Positions 56,615-63,172 of a DNA stretch of 63,172 nt are shown here, in pieces. The stretch covers positions 1-63,172 of the forward strand of contig CAZWQF010000007.1 of NCBI GenBank assembly GCA_964636285.1. Direction: 5' to 3'. How positions within the stretch are numbered: the first letter of the stretch is position 1; every line of letters begins with the position of its first letter. Source of the stretch: an uncultured Candidatus Saccharibacteria bacterium (lineage in GTDB: Bacteria; Patescibacteriota; WWE3; UBA101185; 2-01-FULL-41-18). The notes beneath the pieces were generated by a model that had not been told where the DNA came from, searched no databases, and saw only the letters and a list, made by a program, of their open reading frames with translations. The position numbers and the translations under genes are program-made.

Positions 56615-58599
56615 TGGGAGAATCAAAGTTTTGGAAGCCAAAAAGCGGAGTACCTTTTTCACCAGAAAGGTCAGAGTCTTTGTCTGGCTCCATCAAAAAA
56701 TCTAAGGGTTTTAATAATATTTTTAAGGGGCTCGGGATATTTGGCGGGGTTTTATTAGTTGCATTGATAATAGTAGGTGTTGTTGCGTTCTTTTTTGTAA
56801 TTAAGCCTGGTGTGTCTTTAATGGCGTATGCCAATACATTAAACCAGGACAAAGCTTCTTTAGAAAAAGCCCTCAAAAATCAAGATATAGACGGGATTAA
56901 CGCTGCACTAGATTCTTCTAAAAAACATATTGAAGAGTTTAAACAAGTTAGAGACTCAAATTTTTCTTGGGCAAAAGGCTTTTCGTTTACAAAAGCTTAC
57001 TATGATGATTCAGAGCACTTTGCAAATGCAGGTATTTTGGGGGTTGACGCAATTCAGGAGTTTGTTCAAGTAGTTGAGCCTTTCCAGGAGGCAGCAGGCT
57101 TTAAGAAAAAGGAAGATGTAGTAGTTGAGGACCCAAATGCTCCGTCCGGCCTTGCAGACGCTATTGCGCAGTGGGTTGCAATAATGCCAGAAGTTGCTGA
57201 TAAGATGGATCCTGTTATTGAAAAAGTGGACAAGGTTGGAACTGAGCTTGAGAAGGTTGATGCAAAAAGATACCCAGAGAGTTTTAGAGGTGTCCCAATA
57301 AGATCTAACATTCTTGCTGCTCAGCAGTACTTAACACAGGCGTCAGAATTTGGCCCTGATATTAAAGCAGCTCTTGTCATTGTCCCATCGTTACTTGGTG
57401 TTGGCTCAGCTGATAAAAGATATGCAATTATAATGCAGAATAATGTTGAGCTTAGAGCTACAGGTGGATTTTGGACAAATTTTGCAACATTCAAGATTAA
57501 AGATGCAAAGCTTAATTCAGACTTTTCATCAAAAGATATGTATTCGCTTGATGAGATTATTAGCACAACTGACACAGCTTGGACTTCCCCCTGGAAGCCG
57601 CCATTCCCACCTTACAAGCAGTTCTTGAAGGTTGAGCATACCTTTGCAAGAGACGCAAACTTCTCTCCGGACTTTATTACGGCAGTTGATGATTGGATGT
57701 GGTACTACAAGAAAGTGGGTACCATAGTTCCTGCTGAGGCAAAGCCGTTAAACGGAGTTTTTGCAATTGATACCGAAGTAGTTAAGAAGCTACTAGAAGT
57801 CACAGGCCCTGTCTCTGTTGGAGGTTACACATACAACTCAGATAATGTTGTTCTCGAACTTGAAAAACAAGCTAGCCTAACTCTAAAAGAGCAGCAGGGT
57901 AGAAAAAGAGTGCTAGGCGACCTTATGGAAGAGATGCTTATAAACATGTATAAGTCGGAGAGCAATCTTTGGCCTAAATTTATAGAGACTGCACTAAATT
58001 TGGCAAGAGAAAAACATGTCTTAGTTTATGTATTTGATAATCCAAAGGGTCAGGAGCTTATTGAGAAGTATAACTTTGCTGGAAGAATAAACAGTTATGA
58101 CAAAGGTGACTTCTCTTACATAGTTAGCTCAAATCTTGGTGGAGATAAAACAAATCTATTTATTACCAAAGATGTAACTCACAATATAACTCAGGAAAAC
58201 GGAAAGTGGGTTCATGAACTTGCTCTAACTTATTCCTACAATCCAGTTCCTGCTGGCTGGGAGCCTCTCAGAGCGGTTTATAGGGATTGGGTGAGAGTTT
58301 ATGCCCCTGCTGGGTCCACGCTTCTCAGCGTTGATGGTAGTGAGGCTACAACGGAATCCGATAAGGGTGAAGAAAGAGGAAAGGTCTATTTTGCAGGTTA
58401 CATAACAGTTGAGCCTGAGACAAAAAAGACAATTAAGTTTAAGTACCAAATTCCAGACTCACTTGTCACTGACAAAGCTTACAGTATTTATTTACAGAAG
58501 CAGCCAGGAACATTCTTAGATAAGCACACTGTAAATATCAAAGGAAAGACTCAATCCGCTGAACTTAAGCTTGATAAAGAGCTAAAGTTTACGTTCTAA
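56614..58599 (+). CDS. DUF4012-like membrane-anchored extracytoplasmic protein
   Basis: AAGGAG lies 7 nt upstream and the start overlaps the upstream stop by 1 nt (TAATG). There is one N-terminal TM helix. YAIIMQNNVELRATGGFWTNFATF matches the NNAELR-x-TGG signature I associate with DUF4012. Confidence 0.6.
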   Translation: MGESKFWKPKSGVPFSPERSESLSGSIKKSKGFNNIFKGLGIFGGVLLVALIIVGVVAFFFVIKPGVSLMAYANTLNQDKASLEKALKNQDIDGINAALDSSKKHIEEFKQVRDSNFSWAKGFSFTKAYYDDSEHFANAGILGVDAIQEFVQVVEPFQEAAGFKKKEDVVVEDPNAPSGLADAIAQWVAIMPEVADKMDPVIEKVDKVGTELEKVDAKRYPESFRGVPIRSNILAAQQYLTQASEFGPDIKAALVIVPSLLGVGSADKRYAIIMQNNVELRATGGFWTNFATFKIKDAKLNSDFSSKDMYSLDEIISTTDTAWTSPWKPPFPPYKQFLKVEHTFARDANFSPDFITAVDDWMWYYKKVGTIVPAEAKPLNGVFAIDTEVVKKLLEVTGPVSVGGYTYNSDNVVLELEKQASLTLKEQQGRKRVLGDLMEEMLINMYKSESNLWPKFIETALNLAREKHVLVYVFDNPKGQELIEKYNFAGRINSYDKGDFSYIVSSNLGGDKTNLFITKDVTHNITQENGKWVHELALTYSYNPVPAGWEPLRAVYRDWVRVYAPAGSTLLSVDGSEATTESDKGEERGKVYFAGYITVEPETKKTIKFKYQIPDSLVTDKAYSIYLQKQPGTFLDKHTVNIKGKTQSAELKLDKELKFTF

Positions 58600-58602
58600 G
58601 TC

Positions 58603-59355
58603 ATGCCTCAAAGTAAATCTGTTGGAATAGTCGTCAGAGTTAGAAACTTTGGTGAAGCTGATAGAATCTACACAATTCTTACTAAAGATAGGGGTAAGGT
58701 TTCGGTTTTGGCAAAAGGTGTTAGAAAAATTAAGTCCAAAAGAGCAGGAAGCCTTGACCTATTAAATGAAGTAAACTTTTCTTTTGACGATAAATATAGT
58801 ATTCCCGTTTTAACGGAAGTTCAGCTGCTCCATTCGTTTGAGCCAATAAAAAATGATCTTAATAAAATTAAAAGTGCATACATTGTCCTTGAACTAATTG
58901 ATAAGTTTATAGAGGACCTTGATGTAAACGAAGGGGCTTACAGGCTTCTTAAAGGTGCTTTAGTTTGTCTTGAAACCGTTGAGAATACTGATACCGACCT
59001 GATGCTTTGTTATTTTGAATTAAAGCTTTTGGAGAGTCTTGGGTACAATCCAGAGGTTTCAATGTGTACCGAATGTGAAAAGCATTATTCAAGCTCTTGG
59101 TTGCAAGTCAGATTTAGTTTTGAAAATGGCGGGCTTGTTTGTGAAGATCACAACAACGGCCTTCTTATAAGTCACAAGCAGGTTGAGCTAATGAGGTTTA
59201 TACAGGCAAATAAATTTGCAAAAGTGTTATCTGAATATTCTGGTTTTGAAAGTGGCAAAACGGAGCAGGTAGTTAGGGGTCATATTGAGTATCTACTTTC
59301 TGGAAAAATCAGGAGTGCAGGATTAAAATTTAATCAAGACTTGATGGCGTTTTAA
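58603..59355 (+). CDS. recO: DNA repair protein RecO
   Basis: VRVRNFGEADRIYTILTKDRGKVSVLAKGVRKIKSKRAGSLDLLNE (OB-fold N-terminus) and the Cys pair CTECEK...C...H; 250 aa. Confidence 0.8.
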   Translation: MPQSKSVGIVVRVRNFGEADRIYTILTKDRGKVSVLAKGVRKIKSKRAGSLDLLNEVNFSFDDKYSIPVLTEVQLLHSFEPIKNDLNKIKSAYIVLELIDKFIEDLDVNEGAYRLLKGALVCLETVENTDTDLMLCYFELKLLESLGYNPEVSMCTECEKHYSSSWLQVRFSFENGGLVCEDHNNGLLISHKQVELMRFIQANKFAKVLSEYSGFESGKTEQVVRGHIEYLLSGKIRSAGLKFNQDLMAF

Positions 59356-59374
59356 TCATGTGCTTAAATACCAT

Positions 59375-59530
59375 TACGCAAATGTGTTGAAAGGCTTGGC
59401 AACCTGGAGCAAATGCAAAAAGAGTTGGCAGTTTAAAATTAAACTGCAACAAGGATGGAACCGCGGAAGAACTTCCGTTCCTTGATCAAAGCTATTAAGT
59501 TTGGATCAGGGCACGGAAGTTTTTTGTTTT
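59375..59530 (+). promoter_or_regulatory. T-box riboswitch leader (glycine-specific) with intrinsic terminator, upstream of glyQS
   Basis: AACAAGGATGGAACCGCGG (59449-59467) closely matches the T-box consensus AAnnAGGGTGGTACCGCG. Its UGGA would pair with UCCA of a U73 tRNA-Gly. A stem III-like hairpin ttggcagttta/taaactgcaa lies just before it. GGC codon candidates are at 59393-59395 and 59398-59400. The terminator cttccgttccttgatc (59472-59487) / gatcagggcacggaag (59504-59519) is followed by TTTTTTGTTTT. Confidence 0.8.
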
Positions 59531-59570
59531 GTGCCAGATTCGTTTTGATGCCTATTGGCGGAAAGGAAAA

Positions 59571-60968
59571 ATGGAAAATAAAAAAGAAAACCAAAAAGTA
59601 CCGGACATGATGCAAAAACTAGTAAGTCTTTCTAAACGCAGAGGGTTTGTATATCCAGGATCAGAGATTTATGGAGGTTTAGCAAATACTTACGATTACG
59701 GCCCACTTGGAATTGAGCTATTAAGAAACATTACAAACGAATGGTGGGACTTTTTCATTACAAAAAGACCAGAAATGTTTGGAATGGATTCAAGTATATT
59801 GATGAGCCCAAAGGTCTGGGAGGCTTCTGGACATACTCAAAGATTTAATGATGCTCTCATTGACTGTAAGAACTGTAAGCTTAGGACCAGAGCAGATCAT
59901 TTGATTGAGAATGCTCTTCCAAACGAACATGTAGAAGGAAGAACAATGGATCAGCTGGAAGAAATCATAACATCAAATAAAATAAAGTGCCCTTCGTGCG
60001 GAGAAGTAAACTGGACAAAGCCAAGAAAGTTTAATCTTTTGTTTGAAACTCATATTGGAATTGTTGAAGAAGCCATGTCTCTTGCTTACTTAAGAGGCGA
60101 AATTGCTCAAGGAATGTTTGTTAACTTTAAGAATGTTGTTGAGAGCATGAGACCAAGACTTCCTTTTGGGATAGGTCAGTTTGGAAGCGCTTTCAGAAAC
60201 GAAATCACAAAGGGTAACTTTATCTTCAGAACGCTTGAATTTAAGCTTGCTGAATTTGAATACTTTTTTGATTCGGAAAAGCAGGACTGGAAAGAGGTTT
60301 TTGAGTACTGGGAAGGAGAAATGCAAAAGTGGATTGAGTTGATGGGTGTTAAGCACGAAAATCTTAGCTGGAGAACCCACACAGACGAGGAAAGATCCCA
60401 CTACTCAACACTCACAAAAGATCTTGAATACAAGTTTCCATTTGGTACTAAAGAGCTTTTTGGACTTGCATATAGAACTGATTTTGATTTGAGAAATCAC
60501 ATTGAAAAATCAGGTGCTGATCTTAGGTTTGTTGATCCAGAAGATAATAAGAGAAAGATTGTTCCTCACGTTGTGGAGCCTACATTTGGAGTAAATAGAA
60601 TCTTCCTTGTAATTCTTGCTGATGCATATTGTGAGGAAGGCGAAAGGGTAATTCTCAAACTTAATCCTAAGCTAGCTCCTTATAAGGCAGCAGTTTTTCC
60701 ACTTGTTGCAAATAAAGAAGAGATTGTGGGTAAGGCGAGGGAAGTATTTAAGACTTTGTCTGCTGAAATGAGTGCTGCGTTTGATGCCAGAGGAAATATT
60801 GGAAAAAGATATTACTCTCAAGACGAAATAGGAACTCCTTACTGCGTAACAGTTGATTACCAGACTATTGAAGATGGAACAGTTACTTTAAGAGAAAGAG
60901 ATTCAGCTCAGCAGGAAAGAGTGAAAGTTGAAGATCTTAAAGCAAAACTAAAAGAAAACTTGGGGTAG
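59571..60968 (+). CDS. glyQS: glycine--tRNA ligase (homodimeric class II GlyRS)
   Basis: The ATG at 59571 follows GGAAAGGAAAA; the track ORF starts at TTG 59529, inside the terminator T-run. RRGFVYPGSEIYGGLANTYDYGPLG, FRNEITKGNFIFRTLEF and EPTFGVNR are present. Confidence 0.9.
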   Translation: MENKKENQKVPDMMQKLVSLSKRRGFVYPGSEIYGGLANTYDYGPLGIELLRNITNEWWDFFITKRPEMFGMDSSILMSPKVWEASGHTQRFNDALIDCKNCKLRTRADHLIENALPNEHVEGRTMDQLEEIITSNKIKCPSCGEVNWTKPRKFNLLFETHIGIVEEAMSLAYLRGEIAQGMFVNFKNVVESMRPRLPFGIGQFGSAFRNEITKGNFIFRTLEFKLAEFEYFFDSEKQDWKEVFEYWEGEMQKWIELMGVKHENLSWRTHTDEERSHYSTLTKDLEYKFPFGTKELFGLAYRTDFDLRNHIEKSGADLRFVDPEDNKRKIVPHVVEPTFGVNRIFLVILADAYCEEGERVILKLNPKLAPYKAAVFPLVANKEEIVGKAREVFKTLSAEMSAAFDARGNIGKRYYSQDEIGTPYCVTVDYQTIEDGTVTLRERDSAQQERVKVEDLKAKLKENLG

Positions 60969-60985
60969 TGGGAGGTCCTACCCCA
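60961..60985. terminator. hairpin between convergent glyQS and the small-ORF triplet
   Basis: tggggtag (60961-60968, includes the glyQS TAG) pairs with ctacccca (60978-60985) around a 9-nt loop. Confidence 0.4.
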
Positions 60986-61012
60986 GAGTTTGAAGCTTGG
61001 AAACTGCTTGTT

Positions 61013-61306
61013 TCAGAGTTCTGTCAGTTGTTGCTTTGCCTCATTGGGAGACAAACGAACACAAACAAAGTGAATAGGTATTAGGCCCGGCTCGGATCTC
61101 CTCTGCACGTCTGCGGTAGTGATCCTATCTCTCACGGTTAGCGCACTTCTGAAATCCTCTGGTTTCCAAAGAATCACGAGCTGGTCATTGCCCAGAGGCA
61201 AGAGAACGACTTTGCACCCATTAACTCCCAAGCTAGTCGCAGCATCGGACTCATTTTGGCCAGTCAGTGTGACAATCTCCTGATCCGTAAAAGGTTGGGT
61301 TGTCAT
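61013..61306 (-). CDS. GC-rich hypothetical ~97-aa protein, paralog 3 of a tandem triplet
   Basis: The ATG at 61306 lies 5 nt after AAGGAGG; the track start at 61327 is a GTG upstream. MTTQPFTDQEIVT...VVLLPLGNDQLVILWKPEDF...RDRIT...LSPNEAKQQLTEL aligns along its whole length with the 61338-61655 product. Confidence 0.6.
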   Translation of the reverse strand: MTTQPFTDQEIVTLTGQNESDAATSLGVNGCKVVLLPLGNDQLVILWKPEDFRSALTVRDRITTADVQRRSEPGLIPIHFVCVRLSPNEAKQQLTEL

Positions 61307-61337
61307 AACGCCTCCTTGAGTGAGCACTGGTTAAGTT

Positions 61338-61655
61338 TCATTGAACATTGATCAACCGATGCTTAACCTGATCCACAGTCATACTTGGAACAGTCACTGA
61401 GGAGGTGTTAAACATTGGGTGCGTAGCTCCCAAAGTGCTATTAGGCATTACTTTGGTTATCCTGCTTTTGACCAGGTCGGTTACTTCTGAGTCTTCCGAG
61501 CGCCAGAGCAAAACAGTTCCTTCCCGACGAAATGAGTCTCTTACAGGTAGCAGAACAAGTCTGTAAGTTTCACCTTGTAGATGACTGATCACATCTAAGC
61601 TCTCTCCGTAGGAAGTGGTCTTGATCTCGTTTTGTTGAAGAGGTCGGATTTTCAT
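61338..61655 (-). CDS. GC-rich hypothetical 105-aa protein, paralog 2 of a tandem triplet
   Basis: TAAGGAGCAAC-ATG: the SD overlaps the stop of the upstream paralog. MKIRPLQQNEIKT...LVLLPVRDSFRREGTVLLWRSEDS...KSRIT...MTVDQVKHRLINV. Confidence 0.6.
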   Translation of the reverse strand: MKIRPLQQNEIKTTSYGESLDVISHLQGETYRLVLLPVRDSFRREGTVLLWRSEDSEVTDLVKSRITKVMPNSTLGATHPMFNTSSVTVPSMTVDQVKHRLINVQ

Positions 61656-61663
61656 GTTGCTCC

Positions 61664-61963
61664 TTAGAATGGCCCTGTTGAAACTAGCTCATCCATGATC
61701 TGTCCCATTGATGCAGATGTGATAAGGGAGTTGAAGCCATTCGTTAAGGTCACTTCCCTGTCTCTGAAGTATTTCAGAATCGTTGTTTGGTAGATACAAT
61801 CAGGTCTCCAGATCACTTTAGTTACCTGATTATTACCATTCCAAAAGGGGTAGAGCACAATATAAACGGAACGAGTTCGATCCATCAGCAAAACAAGGGC
61901 TTCTTCTAGGTTGGCTGCTTGAGCCAAGTCCATCCTTCGGATTCGTTGAAATGAGGAATCCAT
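61664..61963 (-). CDS. hypothetical ~99-aa protein, paralog 1 of a tandem triplet (alternative 139-aa form from GTG 62083)
   Basis: From the ATG at 61963 there are 33 residues before YIVLYPFWNGNNQVTKVIWRPD, versus 32 in both siblings. It ends in a matching C-terminal helix, ASMGQIMDELVST. The longer GTG form has no SD and would cover the putative mraZ promoter. Confidence 0.45.
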   Translation of the reverse strand: MDSSFQRIRRMDLAQAANLEEALVLLMDRTRSVYIVLYPFWNGNNQVTKVIWRPDCIYQTTILKYFRDREVTLTNGFNSLITSASMGQIMDELVSTGPF

Positions 61964-62067
61964 TTTTTGACACTCGCTTTCTTTTTTTACGATTATACTA
62001 CAACCCCATAGTTTGTTCGCTTCATCGATGTACAGTATCCATTTCCACTCTTCGCCTTTTGTTTGTC

Positions 62068-62111
62068 TTGACTCTCCTGCCACTTTGGTTTTAAATGGTG
62101 ATAAATGGTGA
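62068..62111 (+). promoter_or_regulatory. candidate mraZ promoter (TTGACT-17-TTAAAT) overlapped by three GGT(T/G) direct repeats at 10-nt spacing (MraZ-box-like)
   Basis: ttgact at 62068-62073, a 17-nt spacer, ttaaat at 62091-62096. GGTT is at 62087-62090, GGTG at 62097-62100 and GGTG at 62107-62110. taaatggtga is tandemly duplicated. The mraZ ATG is at 62119. Confidence 0.3.
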
Positions 62112-62118
62112 AGAGCTT

Positions 62119-62553
62119 ATGATCGTAGGTGAATTCAGAAGTAAATTAGCATCCGGAAGCAGATTAGCTTTTCCCAAGAAATTCAGAGATGAGTGGGGGC
62201 AAAAAGTTGTTGTCACTCAGGGTTATGAAGGCTGCTTAGTAATAGTTGACGAAAAAGGTTGGCAAGGACTCATTGAAGACGCAGCCAGAGGCCCTTTTGT
62301 TTCTGAAGCGGTAAGAGATACAACAAGGTTTCTTTTAGGAGGAGCCTCAGAAGTAGAGCTTGATGATCAGGGTAGGTTCGTGCTGCCTGCGAACTTAAAG
62401 GAATTTTCAGGCATAAAAGAGGAAGTTGTGTTTTTAGGGCTGGGTAGGTGGGTTGAACTTTGGTCTCAGGACAAATGGTCCGAGAGAAAAGATTACATAG
62501 GTAAACATAGCGGTGAAATTGGCGAGAAACTGTCCAGACTCGAAGTTAAATGA
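62119..62553 (+). CDS. mraZ: transcriptional regulator MraZ
   Basis: MIVGEFRSKLASGSRLAFPKKFR, and a second repeat VELDDQGRFVLPANLKEF, form the duplicated MraZ motif. rsmH follows immediately. The track ORF starts at 62095. Confidence 0.85.
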   Translation: MIVGEFRSKLASGSRLAFPKKFRDEWGQKVVVTQGYEGCLVIVDEKGWQGLIEDAARGPFVSEAVRDTTRFLLGGASEVELDDQGRFVLPANLKEFSGIKEEVVFLGLGRWVELWSQDKWSERKDYIGKHSGEIGEKLSRLEVK

Positions 62554-63172
62554 CAGAAAACATTACATATCACAAAAGCGTATTGCTAAATGAGGCAATA
62601 GAACATTTAAAAATTGAACAGGGAAAAAAGTACATTGACTGTAATCTTGGTGATGGCGGTCATACACTTGAGATTCTAAAAAGAGGCGGAATTGTCATGG
62701 CCCTTGATCTTGACCCGGATGCAATTATAAGGGCACAAGAGAGGGTTAAAAAAGAGCTGCCAGAGCTTACTGAAGACAGAATAAAGCTGGTTGAAGGAAA
62801 CTTTAGCAACATTGACGAAATTGCAAAGAGAGAGGGTTTTGAAGGCGTAAGCGGAATTATATATGACGTTGGGACTTCGTTTTTGCAACTTGAATCAGAC
62901 GAGAAAGGCTTTTCATTTGATTCAGAGGCACCTCTTGATATGCGAATGAGTCCGCAAATGGGCGTTACTGCTAAAGATCTTGTTAACGCACTACCTGAAT
63001 CTCAGCTTGTACACATAATCTCTGAATATGGCGAAGAAAGATTTGCAAAAAGAATTGCAAAGGCTATCATTACGGCCCGAAAAGCAAAGCCAATTGTAAC
63101 CTGCCGTGAGCTTACTGAACTTATAAAAAGTTCTACTCCCAGGATTAAAGGTGTAACAATACACCCGGCTAC
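62550..63172 (+). CDS. rsmH: 16S rRNA (cytosine1402-N4)-methyltransferase RsmH, N-terminal ~207 codons (3' end outside the window)
   Basis: This gene is not in the ORF track because no stop is reached. The ATG at 62550 overlaps the mraZ TGA (ATGA). Translation gives MTENITYHKSVLLNEAIEHL...YIDCNLGDGGHTLEIL...DLDPDAI...GIIYDVGTSFLQLES...FSFDSEAPLDMRM, which are typical RsmH motifs. Confidence 0.85.
   Translation, partial: MTENITYHKSVLLNEAIEHLKIEQGKKYIDCNLGDGGHTLEILKRGGIVMALDLDPDAIIRAQERVKKELPELTEDRIKLVEGNFSNIDEIAKREGFEGVSGIIYDVGTSFLQLESDEKGFSFDSEAPLDMRMSPQMGVTAKDLVNALPESQLVHIISEYGEERFAKRIAKAIITARKAKPIVTCRELTELIKSSTPRIKGVTIHPA

Noticed and set aside
241-60401. The many 60-100-aa antisense or off-frame ORFs inside the AT-rich glycosyltransferase, membrane-protein and glyQS genes (for example 241-525, 10247-10489, 30293-30583, 60090-60401).
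   Set aside because: Each lies wholly inside a longer ORF with recognisable family motifs. None has a convincing SD or a recognisable domain.
5883-62118. 5' extensions of the track ORFs: 5883 vs 5940, 17158 vs 17212, 19555 vs 19570, 48380 vs 48509, 59529 vs 59571, 61327 vs 61306, 36158 vs 36113 and 62095 vs 62119.
   Set aside because: In each case a downstream start has a better SD, matches the conserved family N-terminus, or both. The extension would overlap the upstream gene, a terminator or a promoter.
1-63172. Possible alternative genetic code (UGA as a sense codon, as in some CPR lineages).
   Set aside because: Genes with well-known lengths end at TGA (mraZ at 62551-62553, the GT4 gene at 38244-38246), and all family-sized ORFs are intact under code 11. 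There is no evidence for recoding.
1-63172. CRISPR arrays, tRNA or rRNA genes, transposases, integrases and prophage genes.
   Set aside because: Intergenic regions are short (mostly under 90 nt). The two longer ones (3192-3679, 4430-4670) contain hairpins but no regularly spaced repeats and no cloverleaf-compatible sequence. No ORF shows DDE, tyrosine- or serine-recombinase motifs.

Overview
This is an AT-rich window; hand-counted 60-nt lines in typical genes give about 32% GC. About 54 kb of it (4.7-58.6 kb) is one very large surface-glycan or glycoconjugate assembly locus. The gene content and style suggest a Patescibacteria/CPR-like or similar small-genome bacterium, but that is inference only.

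I recognise these parts of the locus:
- about 10 GT4-type glycosyltransferases
- 6 GT2-type glycosyltransferases, two of them GtrB/ArnC-like polyprenyl-phosphate transferases
- 9 large polytopic GT-C-like or ArnT-like membrane proteins
- 3 Wzx/MOP flippases plus one UPF0104 flippase-like protein
- one small PglC/WbaP-type initiating phosphoglycosyl transferase followed by a DUF4012-like protein
- nucleotide-sugar enzymes: Ugd, GalE-like, two further SDR epimerases, WecB, GalU and a second sugar-1-P nucleotidylyltransferase
- three methyltransferases
- a ferredoxin / Cys-rich protein / B12-radical-SAM cassette

Twenty-five consecutive plus-strand genes (5940-35149) are packed with tiny gaps or overlaps. 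Housekeeping genes close the window: recO, a T-box-controlled glyQS, mraZ and a partial rsmH.

The most unusual signals are:
1. Three visibly GC-rich islands (about 53-57% GC in sampled lines) with no mobility genes. Two of them encode distantly related Nudix-fold proteins, each divergently paired with a sugar-1-P nucleotidylyltransferase gene.
2. A tandem triplet of paralogous ~100-aa orphan proteins wedged between glyQS and mraZ.
3. Two hairpins with unrelated stems but an identical 12-nt loop, in the AT-rich spacer of island A.
4. A B12-rSAM enzyme with a CX4CX2C cluster motif next to a 3-Cys ferredoxin.
5. An O-antigen-ligase-like / ArnT-like fusion protein.

I saw no rRNA or tRNA genes, CRISPR array, transposase or integrase. 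All family calls come from motif recognition by eye; no database search was possible.
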